This document shows, piece after piece, positions 1 to 9,631 of a stretch of DNA of 64,000 nt. Location: NCBI GenBank assembly GCA_020846365.1, contig JADLEA010000197.1:9584-73583 (forward strand), given 5' to 3'. The position numbers were made by a program, and so were the translations under genes. The notes below the pieces were generated by a model that made no database searches, was not told the origin of the DNA, and saw only the letters and a program-made list of their open reading frames with translations. The stretch is from Bacteroidota bacterium. GTDB lineage: Bacteria > Bacteroidota > Ignavibacteria > UBA10030 > UBA6906. The first letter of the stretch is position 1; every line of letters starts with the position of its first letter.

Positions 1-2809
1 CAACCAGGATGGCGATCCAGCCGACATGCCGGATGTGGTGAACATGAGCCTGGGCTCGGATCTGGGCACACCGGACGATGCCATCTCGACCGCCGTTGAC
101 AACGCGGTGAAACTGGGAATCACCTTCTGTGTGTCGGCGGGCAATAGCGGAGGATACACCCCCGTGCAGGGGAAGGAGAACAACTACTACTACACGGGGA
201 TGGAGACGATCGGGAGTCCGGCTTCGGCGCAGTTGGCAATCACCGTGGGTGCCGTGGATTCAGTCGATGACAGCCCGCGATTCTCATCGAAGGGACCCGT
301 GCGTGGAACATTCGGCATCAAGCCGGACGTCATGGCTCCAGGCGTCGAGGTGCTGTCGCTCGCACCCGGAGGCGGGCTTGCGTCGAAATCCGGTACATCG
401 ATGGCTTCACCCATGGTCGCGGGAATCGCCGCCCTGCTGAAGAGCAGAAATAACGCCCTCACCCCGGCCGAAATAAAATCAGCAATCACAAACTCATCCC
501 TGGATCTCGGGATCTCTGCGATGCGGCAGGGAGCGGGCCGCGTAGATGCAGTCCGCGCCCTGGGACTCGCATCCAGTGCCACGCCCCAGGAACTCAGCTT
601 CGGGCTCGACGATCCGGCCCTGGGCGTGTGGGCAGAAGTTGACACGATCGTGATTGCCAACCATGACGACGTCGCCCAGACCTATGCGGTGGACTTTTCT
701 CCCGGGGCTGCTGGGATCACCCTTGCCGCTTCGCCCCAGACGTTTTCGATCGTGCCCGGTGGAACTCAACAAGTCCTCGTCACCCTCACAGTCAACAACG
801 CGGCCATCCCCATTGTGGACGAGGACATCCTCATCTTTGACGGGGCCATGCGCGTTAGCGGTGCGTCGGATACTCTCCGTATCCCGTGGGCCTTCGTCCG
901 GACCTCCCGGATGATGCTTTCGTTCAGCCACCCCGAGCCCATACTTCTCGGGGCCAGCAACAGCTACTACATCACTTCGCAGTACGCACGCTTTGCGTCC
1001 AAAGTGCGATGGATCGATACGCGGCATTTGGAAGTTGTGGGAGCATTCAACGGCACGTACGACTTCGCCGTGTATTTCCCCAGCACAGGTGCTCTGGTGA
1101 CCCGGGAACAGCTGGTCTTTCAAGGGAACGATGCGCTGCACTTCGATGCGAGCGAAGCAATCCACACGCTGCAGATAGCAGGAAGCGATGAACACGGTGT
1201 TCCGTTCCCGGCATCGGCCAAGACCAGGCGGACCCTTCGCGTGGAGTTGCCCGTGACCTTTCCCCTGTATGTGGCGCTTCCTGCCGGGGAATCATCGCTC
1301 TCGGTGTCGCCGACGTCGGCGCGATTCGGCTTTCACCCCACCGTGAGTTTTGTGGATATGGAGAGCGAACGGCGGGCAGTGCTCCCCCAGTACGCAGCGT
1401 TCAAAGGTATTTCAGGCAACATGACCGTGACGCCGGCCTCAGCGACCTATCTGACACAGGTCCTGCGATTCAGAGTCCCTCCGGGAACTCCTCAGCTCAA
1501 GCTCTATTCCGAGATCATCGCGGCATTGACGGACAAGGGGCAGGAGTACTACAACACCATTCAGGTAAGTGCCGATACGCTGGACGTGCAGCATGACGAA
1601 ATCTCGATCAGGCTCGCCCTGATGCAACCCGCAAACCTGGCGTACTTCGCATCCATTGCGTTCCACACGATTGCCCGTGACCTTGGCAGTCTTTACCTGG
1701 ACTCGTCAACCCGCTATTTCTCCGCGGTGGGAGACAGCATCATGGTCGGTCTCCCGTCGCAGCGGTCGCTGGTGTCGTACGCATTGCCGAGCGGGGACAC
1801 GTTGACATTCGGTGGCGCGCCGGTACACGTCGTCAACATCGGGTACAACAATTCCTTCGGCACGTCCGTCCATTTCGATTCCAGGTTCCGTGGGAGCATG
1901 TCCGAGGATCGTTTTGCCGACTACGATTCCGCAACCTATGCGATCTATGACGCTGGCGGACAGAAGCTGGCAGGCGGACCGCTCAACGTGTCGCGGTCGC
2001 CGCTGCCGGTGGCGCCGGCCCGCTATGTCATAGACGTGAACTCGGACAACTACTTTATTGCAGGAGGCAAAGGGCGCGTGCGCATCACAAACTGGGTAGA
2101 CCTGACGAAGCAGGTCGCCGACGCACCCTACATCACTGCCTACCGCGTCCTTGATAGAAGGGGGAAAGCGACAGACCAGGTGGCGCAGGGGGACTCTGCC
2201 ACGCTGCTTTTCTCAACGCGCATTCCTGCATTCCCCGGTGAACTGCCGGTGCATGACTCCACGCAGGCCTTCTACCGTGAACACGGGACTTCGAACTGGA
2301 CCCCGCTGCCGCTTCAGCTTCTGCATAGCGACACGGAGGGGATTGGCAGCGTGTTCGCGTCTGACCTGTCAGGTGCGACCCTGCACGATTCCACGGGGAT
2401 CGAGCTTCGTGTCCGGGTGGTGGACATAACGGGCAACGCGACCGACATGATCGTGTCACCCGCGTTTGCCGTGGGTTACTGGATCAACGACGGGCCTCTG
2501 GATGTGGGGGATGGGGATCGGCTCCCTGCGCAGTATGCGCTTCTGCAGAACTATCCGAATCCATTCAATCCTGCCACGAACATTTCTTATGCGCTGCCGG
2601 TTTCCAGTGTCGTGACGGTGGAAATATTCGACATGCTCGGCCGGAGGGTCGTCACCCTGCAGGAGGGAACAAAAGCCGCGGGAGTCCACACGCTGCGGTT
2701 CGATGGATCACCGTATGCCAGCGGCGTGTATTTCTACCGGCTGCACGCCCGGTCGGTTGCGGGTGGGGGAGAATTCATGCAGGCGAAAAAGCTCGTGCTG
2801 TTGCGTTAA
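1..2809 (+). CDS. Subtilisin-like (S8) serine peptidase, 5'-truncated at the window edge, with a C-terminal T9SS sorting domain
   Basis: The frame reads through from the first bases (NQDGDPADMPDVVNMSLGS) and shows the subtilisin Asn motif VVNMSLGS and the Ser motif GTSMASPMVAGIAALL. The C-terminus (NYPNPFNPATNISYALP...VEIFDMLGRRV...GVYFYRL...KKLVLLR) is a typical Por secretion tail. Confidence 0.85.
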   Translation, partial: NQDGDPADMPDVVNMSLGSDLGTPDDAISTAVDNAVKLGITFCVSAGNSGGYTPVQGKENNYYYTGMETIGSPASAQLAITVGAVDSVDDSPRFSSKGPVRGTFGIKPDVMAPGVEVLSLAPGGGLASKSGTSMASPMVAGIAALLKSRNNALTPAEIKSAITNSSLDLGISAMRQGAGRVDAVRALGLASSATPQELSFGLDDPALGVWAEVDTIVIANHDDVAQTYAVDFSPGAAGITLAASPQTFSIVPGGTQQVLVTLTVNNAAIPIVDEDILIFDGAMRVSGASDTLRIPWAFVRTSRMMLSFSHPEPILLGASNSYYITSQYARFASKVRWIDTRHLEVVGAFNGTYDFAVYFPSTGALVTREQLVFQGNDALHFDASEAIHTLQIAGSDEHGVPFPASAKTRRTLRVELPVTFPLYVALPAGESSLSVSPTSARFGFHPTVSFVDMESERRAVLPQYAAFKGISGNMTVTPASATYLTQVLRFRVPPGTPQLKLYSEIIAALTDKGQEYYNTIQVSADTLDVQHDEISIRLALMQPANLAYFASIAFHTIARDLGSLYLDSSTRYFSAVGDSIMVGLPSQRSLVSYALPSGDTLTFGGAPVHVVNIGYNNSFGTSVHFDSRFRGSMSEDRFADYDSATYAIYDAGGQKLAGGPLNVSRSPLPVAPARYVIDVNSDNYFIAGGKGRVRITNWVDLTKQVADAPYITAYRVLDRRGKATDQVAQGDSATLLFSTRIPAFPGELPVHDSTQAFYREHGTSNWTPLPLQLLHSDTEGIGSVFASDLSGATLHDSTGIELRVRVVDITGNATDMIVSPAFAVGYWINDGPLDVGDGDRLPAQYALLQNYPNPFNPATNISYALPVSSVVTVEIFDMLGRRVVTLQEGTKAAGVHTLRFDGSPYASGVYFYRLHARSVAGGGEFMQAKKLVLLR

Positions 2810-2953
2810 CATTGCGTAGCTGTCTCCGCACCTGATGTCCTGTCTGCCGGCGCATGAGCCGTCCACGTGCGCCGGCGGGCCCGGGGACTTCGAGTTGACT
2901 TTCTGCAAGGCCGGCAGTACTTTGGATGAGGATCACTTCCGAAGAGCCCTGCC

Positions 2954-4453
2954 ATGTGGACCTCAACTTCCCGCCTCCGTTTCTTCGTCTTCTGTCTTCT
3001 CTTTCTCGACTCGGCTGCGATTGCCGCGAGTGACCGCGTTCCGGCGGTAGCCGGACAATTCTACCCTGCATCACCGGTCGAATTGCAGGCGACGCTCAAA
3101 GACCTGTTCTCGCGGGCCGAACGAAGGACCGAGAACGCCTCCGTTCGGGCTCTGATACTGCCTCACGCGGGATATGTCTTCTCGGGGCAGGTGGCTGCAT
3201 CAGGCGTCAACCAGATTGATCCCCAACAATCTATAAGGGCAATCTTCCTGATCGGTGTCAGTCACAATGCCGCCTACGATGGGGCAGCTGTGTACACGGA
3301 AGGCGGCTTTCTCACGCCACTCGGCCGGGTTCCCGTGGATGTGGATCTGGGGAAGTCTCTGTTGGGCCACAGCGGACTTTTCCTCCAGCATTCCCGGGCG
3401 CATGCGGTGGAACACTCCCTCGAAGTTCAATTGCCGTTTCTGCAATACCATCTGAAGAAGCCCTTCAAGATCGTGCCGATTCTCCTCGGCACATCGGACC
3501 CCGCAATCTGCGAACGGATTGCGGAAGCGCTGCTTCCGCATTTTTCAAAAGAGAACCTCTTCATCGTCAGTACAGACCTGTCGCACTATCCATCCTACAA
3601 GGATGCAGTGACCACTGACAAGAGGACGATCGATGCCGTGTTGTCCGGTTCTCCGCAAGAGCTTCTGAAGACCGTGCGCCAGAACGAACGGTCGGGAGGT
3701 GGCCAGTTACTGACTTCCATGTGCGGCCTGGGCGGAGTCATGGTGTTGCAGGAGATCCTCGGGGCGGCGGGGAACGGGAAGTTCACGGTGGTGCAATATC
3801 GAAACTCCGGGGATGTTCCGGCAGGGGAGAAGGACCGCGTCGTGGGCTACGCAGCGATCAAAGTCACGCAGGCCGGACGCGAGACCTTCCTCCTCCGGTC
3901 TGAAGACAAGCGTCGCCTCCTGGAGATTGCGCGATCCTCGTTGGCGAAACACCTGGCGACAGGCCACGTCCCTGCTCTGGTTGAGGCCCAGCTCTCGGAA
4001 GCGCTCCGCACGCCGTGTGGCGCGTTCGTCACACTGAAAAAACGAGGCGAGCTTCGCGGTTGCATCGGGAACTTCTCGGGCACGGAGATGCTGGCCCGCA
4101 CAGTGCAGCGGATGGCACTTGCAGCAGCGACGGAAGATCCCCGTTTCGCCCCCGTCTCGGCCGGTGAACTCGCACACCTGGATATCGAAATCTCGGTCCT
4201 CTCGCCGATGCAGAAAGTGACTTCGCCGAAGGAGATTGCATTGGGAAGGCATGGCGTCTACATCCAGAAGGGGAACCGGGCCGGTACGTTCCTGCCTCAA
4301 GTAGCAAAAGAGACGGGATGGTCTCTGGAGGAATTCCTCGGTCATTGCGCACAGGACAAAGCGGGGATTGGGTGGGAGGGGTGGAGGGATGCTGACGTGT
4401 TCGTGTATGAGGCCATCGTGTTTGGCGAAAGTGACGATGGTTCCACGCGCTGA
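2954..4453 (+). CDS. AmmeMemoRadiSam system fusion protein: MEMO1-like (protein B) N-terminal half fused to an AMMECR1 (protein A) C-terminal half, behind an apparent N-terminal signal peptide
   Basis: The AGQFYP motif near the N-terminus and the LILPHAGYVFSG motif are Memo-family hallmarks. The C-terminal half carries AMMECR1 signatures (CGAFVTLKKRGELRGCIGNF). The N-terminus MWTSTSRLRFFVFCLLFLDSAAIAAS looks like a Sec signal peptide. Confidence 0.8.
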   Translation: MWTSTSRLRFFVFCLLFLDSAAIAASDRVPAVAGQFYPASPVELQATLKDLFSRAERRTENASVRALILPHAGYVFSGQVAASGVNQIDPQQSIRAIFLIGVSHNAAYDGAAVYTEGGFLTPLGRVPVDVDLGKSLLGHSGLFLQHSRAHAVEHSLEVQLPFLQYHLKKPFKIVPILLGTSDPAICERIAEALLPHFSKENLFIVSTDLSHYPSYKDAVTTDKRTIDAVLSGSPQELLKTVRQNERSGGGQLLTSMCGLGGVMVLQEILGAAGNGKFTVVQYRNSGDVPAGEKDRVVGYAAIKVTQAGRETFLLRSEDKRRLLEIARSSLAKHLATGHVPALVEAQLSEALRTPCGAFVTLKKRGELRGCIGNFSGTEMLARTVQRMALAAATEDPRFAPVSAGELAHLDIEISVLSPMQKVTSPKEIALGRHGVYIQKGNRAGTFLPQVAKETGWSLEEFLGHCAQDKAGIGWEGWRDADVFVYEAIVFGESDDGSTR

Positions 4454-6572
4454 AGGGTGGCGCAATGCCACCGTGCTAGCAGGCGCCATCACGGCCGGGA
4501 CACAGGTGGTGCTGCTGCGCGAAGTGCTCTCTGCCTTCCTGGGCAACGAGCTGATCATCGGGATCCTCTTCTTTGACTGGCTGCTCCTTACGGGAGTCGG
4601 CGCTGTCCTTGCGCATCGTTGGGTTCCGCGCCTTCCCTCGTCTGCGATGCTACCTGTTGCCCTGGGGTCGCTTCTCATCCTGCCCCCGCTGACCTTCGCC
4701 GGCTTCCGGATGATCCCTCTCCTGGTCAGTCCCCCCGGCAGCATGCTGGACATCTGGATGATCCTGGTTGGCGCCGGTCTCGCGTTGGGTCCGGTATGTC
4801 TGGTTTCCGGAGGGGTATTCTCTCTTCTGGTGCGGGCTGCGGCCTCCAGCGGTACGCCGGGCCCTGTGGGAAAAGTGTACGCCTGGGAAGCTGTGGGGAG
4901 CCTGATCGGCGGAGTGCTCTTCAGCGTACTCCTGTTTGATGTGATCGCGTCGCATGATGTGCTCGTTGCGCTCTGTGCGGCAGGTGGGATCGTCGGGGCG
5001 GTACATGCATACAGGTCTGGCTCCCGCCGTTCCGTCGCCGTCCTTGCCCTGTGTGTGCTTCTCCTCATCGTTGCCCGGCATGCAATGGATGCGGATGCAT
5101 GGACCCACGCACGGCGGTATCCTGGTCAGGACGTTCTGTCCCATCAGGAAACTCCCTTTGGGGTTCTGACTGCCACGCGATCCGGTGGGCAGACGTCGGT
5201 CTACACCAACAATGTTCCCTTGTATGTCAGCGGCGACATCGCAAAAGCAGAACAGATCGTTCATGTTGCCGTGATCCAGCGCCCCCATGCGCCGAGGGTG
5301 CTCGTGGCGGGAGGCAATCCGGCGGAGCTTGTGCCAGAAGTATTGAAGTATGCCGGCAGCACGCTCATCTGCATAGAGGAGAATCCATGGTTGAGGCGGC
5401 TCGAACAAAAGTATTTGCCGGTCCCCCAGGACTCCCGCGTATCCTTCATTACCGGCGATCTCAGGCGATTTCTCGTCGCCTCGGCAGGTGCATTTGACGT
5501 CATCATCGTTGCCGCCCCGGAGCCATCCACGCTGCAATCGAACCGGCTCTTCACTCGAGAGGCGCTGCAGCTCATGCGCAGATCCCTCACACCCTCGGGG
5601 GTGCTCTGTCTCTCGCTTCCCTCATCCGCGGAGTACGTGGGAGATGATGCAAGGAAGGTCCGCGCGATTTTGAAAAACACCCTTGCCGAATCGTTTGCCC
5701 ATACGCTGATCCTTCCCGTCGGAGACGATGTGTTTCTGGCGTCGGATTCCACGCTCAGGCCTGACGTGGGGGCGGGCATTGCGGAAGAAGGCCTGCACAC
5801 GGCATACGTGAATGCGCACTATCTGCAAGACGACCTGATCAGCTCCAGGGCGCAGGCGCTGTCTGCTTCGCTGGACTCCGGAGCCGGAGTGAACACGGAT
5901 GCGCGTCCGATCCTGATGCTTGCGCAGATCGGACACTGGCTTCGTCTCTTCTCCGTCGATATGTGGATTCCGGCGCTCGTCGGGCTCGCCGCCGTGGTCC
6001 TCCTGTTCATCCACAGCGACCGGATGTCGCTGGGCGTCGCGGCCGCGGGTTGTGGAGGCATCGTCCTGGAATTGATGATTCTTATGATTGTGCAGGTGGG
6101 GTTTGGCAACGTGTACCAGATGAGCGGTGGGCTCATCGGACTCTACATGGCCGGGATGGGAGGCGGGGCAATTCTGGCTGGACGGATCACGCATGCCTCA
6201 CGGTGGTATGCCGGAATGCAGAGCGGACTTGTGTTGGCACTGCTTCTGGCTGCTGCGCTCTCGGCCGGCGTGTTTGCGGGTGCTTCCGGCGCCGTGGCAG
6301 GATTGGTCATCTGTTTGATTGCCGGATCGTTCAGCGCCGGTGCCGTGTTTTCGCTGACCTCCCGGATACGATCTGAGAATCCCGTGGCCACGGGCTCGCG
6401 ACTGTATGGCGTGGACTTGATGGGTTCCGCCTTGGGGGCGTTGCTTGTCGGACCGGTGTTGCTGCCCTTGTGGGGTGTGTATGTCGTTGCATCTTCAACT
6501 GCTGCCGTCGTTGCAGCGGGTGCGATCGTGTCGCTCTCATCGCCGCTCTGGAGGACATATGAACAAACGTGA
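4437..6572 (+). CDS. Polytopic membrane protein with a central spermidine-synthase-like (class I methyltransferase fold) domain flanked by multi-TM regions
   Basis: It has about 7 predicted N-terminal and about 6 C-terminal hydrophobic helices. The central region (VLVAGGNPAELVPEVL...ICIEENP...ITGDLRRFL...FDVIIVAAPEPST...LFTREAL) resembles the SpeE fold, but the GGGDGG motif is degenerate. The start was chosen at ATG 4437 and alternatives exist in 4368-4437. The gene overlaps the upstream stop by 17 nt and the downstream start by 14 nt. Confidence 0.6.
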   Translation: MVPRAEGWRNATVLAGAITAGTQVVLLREVLSAFLGNELIIGILFFDWLLLTGVGAVLAHRWVPRLPSSAMLPVALGSLLILPPLTFAGFRMIPLLVSPPGSMLDIWMILVGAGLALGPVCLVSGGVFSLLVRAAASSGTPGPVGKVYAWEAVGSLIGGVLFSVLLFDVIASHDVLVALCAAGGIVGAVHAYRSGSRRSVAVLALCVLLLIVARHAMDADAWTHARRYPGQDVLSHQETPFGVLTATRSGGQTSVYTNNVPLYVSGDIAKAEQIVHVAVIQRPHAPRVLVAGGNPAELVPEVLKYAGSTLICIEENPWLRRLEQKYLPVPQDSRVSFITGDLRRFLVASAGAFDVIIVAAPEPSTLQSNRLFTREALQLMRRSLTPSGVLCLSLPSSAEYVGDDARKVRAILKNTLAESFAHTLILPVGDDVFLASDSTLRPDVGAGIAEEGLHTAYVNAHYLQDDLISSRAQALSASLDSGAGVNTDARPILMLAQIGHWLRLFSVDMWIPALVGLAAVVLLFIHSDRMSLGVAAAGCGGIVLELMILMIVQVGFGNVYQMSGGLIGLYMAGMGGGAILAGRITHASRWYAGMQSGLVLALLLAAALSAGVFAGASGAVAGLVICLIAGSFSAGAVFSLTSRIRSENPVATGSRLYGVDLMGSALGALLVGPVLLPLWGVYVVASSTAAVVAAGAIVSLSSPLWRTYEQT

Positions 6573-7704
6573 GTTTCTCAGGTGCTGTGCGCTCGGCACG
6601 GCGGCTGCCTGTACGTATTTCCCACTTCCTTCACTGCGATGGGCAGAGCGTGGCGGGTACAGCGAGCCGGAGCCGGTTGAGGAGCTCTGGAAATGGAGCA
6701 AGGAGGCTCTCTTCGTAGAGCCGGCGGGTGATGCCATACATTGTCTGAAGTGCCCGAACGGATGCGTCATCCCTGTCGGGGAGACCGGGCGCTGCAGGAA
6801 CCGCGTGAATGTCCGCGGAAAGCTCTACTCCAATGCCTACGGAAATCCCTGCGCGGTGCATATAGATCCGATCGAAAAGAAACCCCTCCTCCACTTCCTT
6901 CCGGGAACGCGTGCCTTTTCCATTGCCACGGCAGGCTGTAATCTCGCGTGCCTGAACTGTCAGAACTGGGAGATCTCGCAGGTCAGCCCCACGGAGACAG
7001 AGAACCAGGATCTCATGCCACGGGCGGTCGTGGATGCCTGCCTCCGGGGGCACTGTGCATCGATCGCATACACGTACTCCGAGCCAACGACTTTTTACGA
7101 ATACGCATTCGACACCGCAGAGATCGCCCATCAAGAAGGGATCCGGAATGTCTGGAAATCCAACGGGTACATAGAGGAGGTCCCGCTGCGGAAACTCTGT
7201 CGCGTCATCGACGCGGCCAATATCGACTTGAAGAGTTTTGATGAAGACGTGTACGCCCGGCTCAATGCCGGCAGTCTTGCTCCCGTCTTGCGTACACTCC
7301 GTGTGTTTCGCGAGATGGGCGTGTGGCTTGAGATCACAAACCTTGTCATTCCCGGTTGGACCGACGACCTGGACATGATCCGGCGGATGTGCAACTGGCT
7401 GTGCAATAACGGACTTTCAGATTCCCCCCTCCACCTGAGCCGCTTTGTCCCCCTGTACAAACTCAACCGCCTGGCACCTACCCCCGTCAAACGACTCGAA
7501 GAAGCCCATGCCGTGGCAGTGGCCGAAGGGATGCACTATGTGTATGTCGGCAACGTTCCAGCCCACCCGACCGAACACACCTACTGCCACAAGTGCAGGA
7601 AACGTGTCATTGAGCGGCGGGGATACGCGATCCTTTCCAATGACCTCGAAAACGGGCGTTGCCGGCATTGCGGAACCTCGATTCCGGGGGTCTGGCATAC
7701 ATAA
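6559..7704 (+). CDS. AmmeMemoRadiSam system radical SAM enzyme
   Basis: CNLACLNCQNWEIS is a CX3CX2C radical SAM cluster motif in the family-typical context (DPIEKKPLLHFLPGTRAFSIATAGCNLAC). A C-terminal Cys cluster is present (HKCRKR...CRHCG). GGAGGA lies 3 nt upstream of ATG 6559. The N-terminal KREFLRCCALGTAAAC is Tat-like. Confidence 0.85.
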   Translation: MNKREFLRCCALGTAAACTYFPLPSLRWAERGGYSEPEPVEELWKWSKEALFVEPAGDAIHCLKCPNGCVIPVGETGRCRNRVNVRGKLYSNAYGNPCAVHIDPIEKKPLLHFLPGTRAFSIATAGCNLACLNCQNWEISQVSPTETENQDLMPRAVVDACLRGHCASIAYTYSEPTTFYEYAFDTAEIAHQEGIRNVWKSNGYIEEVPLRKLCRVIDAANIDLKSFDEDVYARLNAGSLAPVLRTLRVFREMGVWLEITNLVIPGWTDDLDMIRRMCNWLCNNGLSDSPLHLSRFVPLYKLNRLAPTPVKRLEEAHAVAVAEGMHYVYVGNVPAHPTEHTYCHKCRKRVIERRGYAILSNDLENGRCRHCGTSIPGVWHT

Positions 7705-7919
7705 TACCTTCCTTCCATAGGAACATTTCCACCGGTCCATCCGTTAGCAGTATTCTGTAGGGGAAGACTTGGTGTCCCTCCCGCCTTGCGCAGACGACTG
7801 CATTCCCGGCGGCTTTATTGGATCGGCACGAGTTCTTTGCATATCCCTGAGCTACCGAGAGAGCTATCCCGGCTCTTGGCATAATTCGATTTGTTCCAGC
7901 AGAGACGCATACACGACGT

Positions 7920-9497
7920 ATGTCCTTTACCCGAACGCTTTTTTGCCTGACAGGATTGCTTCTCGGCTATGCCTTCAGCAGTCCGGCACAGATTCTCCAG
8001 CCTTTCAATCCGGACAGTGCTCTTCTCGACATCGTAGGTCAACTCGAAGGGACGCCGCTTACCCTGGATCAGGCGCGGCAGTATTCCGCACAAACCTCTC
8101 CCGCCGTGGCGGCAGCGGAAGCGGCCCTCGCGGCGGCGCGCGGTGCCGTAAGGAGGGAAGGAGGGACATTCGACCCGCAGCTTTCGCTCTCATGGCGCTA
8201 CACAGATCAGAAGCAGCCGACAGCGTCGTTCTTTGCGGGAGCATCAGTTCTCCACACACTCCAGGCCGACGGAGGTGCCGGCCTGCAGTGGACTCTCCCA
8301 TCCGGCACCATGCTTGGGGCATCCATCGACGCCTCACGCCTGAATACGAATTCCTCTTTCGCGTTTCTTACACCGCAGTACACCACTTCAGGGCAACTCA
8401 CGCTGCGCCAACCCCTGCTCCGCGGATTCACCGTATCCGCGCGAAAGAACCTTGTCAATGCGGAGCAACAGTTTGCGGCAGCCGAAGCACGGTTAGCCCA
8501 GGAACGCCTGGCTCTCGCCACCCTTGTGGATCTCGTCTACTGGGATCTCTACGCAGGAGAACGCGATTATGCCGTGCAGAAACTCACGCGCGATCGTGCG
8601 GCAGCGTTCTTGCGGGATACCGAGCTGAGGGCTCAGACCGGCCTCATCGGGCCGAGTCAGGTCGCAAACGCCCGCACGTTCCTCGCTGAACAGGAGATCC
8701 TTCTGCTGGACCGGGAGGAACAGCTCGACCGTCTTTCGGATCAGCTTGCGATCGTTGTCGGCGTGAGGCCGGCGGCAGGCCAGAAGCGTTTCAAATCGGC
8801 CGATCAGCCGCCGGATGCGTTTACCGTGGGAGAAGTTGACACGCTGGTCCGGGAGGCGTTAACCCGGAATCTGGACCTGCGTGCGGCGAAGGCGGAGTTG
8901 GATGCGCGCCGCACCATGGCCAGTGCCGCGTCCTGGGAAGCTCTCCCCAGCGTGGACCTCGTCGGATCCATCGGCGGCAGCGGACTTTCCGGAAGCCCGC
9001 ATGATGTGGTCTTCGGCAGCGACACGCTGCGAACGACGGTGAGCGGGGGGCTAAGCGATGCGCTGCGGCAGGCGGTGAATCGCGATTTCCCGAACTGGCA
9101 TGTCGGATTGGAAGTCCTCGTCCCCATCGGCTTCCGGACCGGACTGGGTGAGTCGGATCGCCTCGACGCGGAAGTTGCGATTGCCGAGCAGCGATATGTG
9201 CAGGCAGAACGGATCCTGGAAGCCGAGGTCCGGTCGAGTTGCCGCGAATTGATGCACGGCCAGCAACGGCTGAGTGCTGCGCGGGCCGGGGTCGCGGCGG
9301 CTCAGGAACAGGTGCGCATCGGCCTGATCGAATTTCAGAATGGACGCTCGACAGCTTTCGAACTCGTGCGTTTGGGTGCGGACTTTGCCGTTGCGCAACA
9401 ACGCTATTCACAGGCACTTGTCCGAAGCGCAAAAAGCGCGGCCACGCTGCGCCAATTGACCTCGGGCGCGTACGATCCGGCATTGTCACGGCAGTGA
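7920..9497 (+). CDS. TolC-like outer membrane efflux protein (outer membrane factor)
   Basis: It has a signal peptide (MSFTRTLFCLTGLLLGYAFSSPAQ) and an OEP-family two-repeat alpha/beta architecture. It is the first gene of an OMF-MFP-RND operon. Confidence 0.8.
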   Translation: MSFTRTLFCLTGLLLGYAFSSPAQILQPFNPDSALLDIVGQLEGTPLTLDQARQYSAQTSPAVAAAEAALAAARGAVRREGGTFDPQLSLSWRYTDQKQPTASFFAGASVLHTLQADGGAGLQWTLPSGTMLGASIDASRLNTNSSFAFLTPQYTTSGQLTLRQPLLRGFTVSARKNLVNAEQQFAAAEARLAQERLALATLVDLVYWDLYAGERDYAVQKLTRDRAAAFLRDTELRAQTGLIGPSQVANARTFLAEQEILLLDREEQLDRLSDQLAIVVGVRPAAGQKRFKSADQPPDAFTVGEVDTLVREALTRNLDLRAAKAELDARRTMASAASWEALPSVDLVGSIGGSGLSGSPHDVVFGSDTLRTTVSGGLSDALRQAVNRDFPNWHVGLEVLVPIGFRTGLGESDRLDAEVAIAEQRYVQAERILEAEVRSSCRELMHGQQRLSAARAGVAAAQEQVRIGLIEFQNGRSTAFELVRLGADFAVAQQRYSQALVRSAKSAATLRQLTSGAYDPALSRQ

Positions 9498-9631
9498 CCG
9501 GCCGGAGAACATCACCGGGAGTGGGATACGCCGGTAAGAAATCGCATCCCGACGCGCAATGCGCGACGCAGGGGTTGTCGAACAATACGCGTGGAAGACA
9601 CGCGCGCTAGAGAGAAGAGAGGAGTGCACGT

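Noticed and set aside
7705-7919. Possible sigma54-type -24/-12 element (TGGCAT...TTTG) upstream of the TolC-like gene.
   Set aside because: The spacing between the GG and GC dinucleotides does not fit the GG-N10-GC rule.
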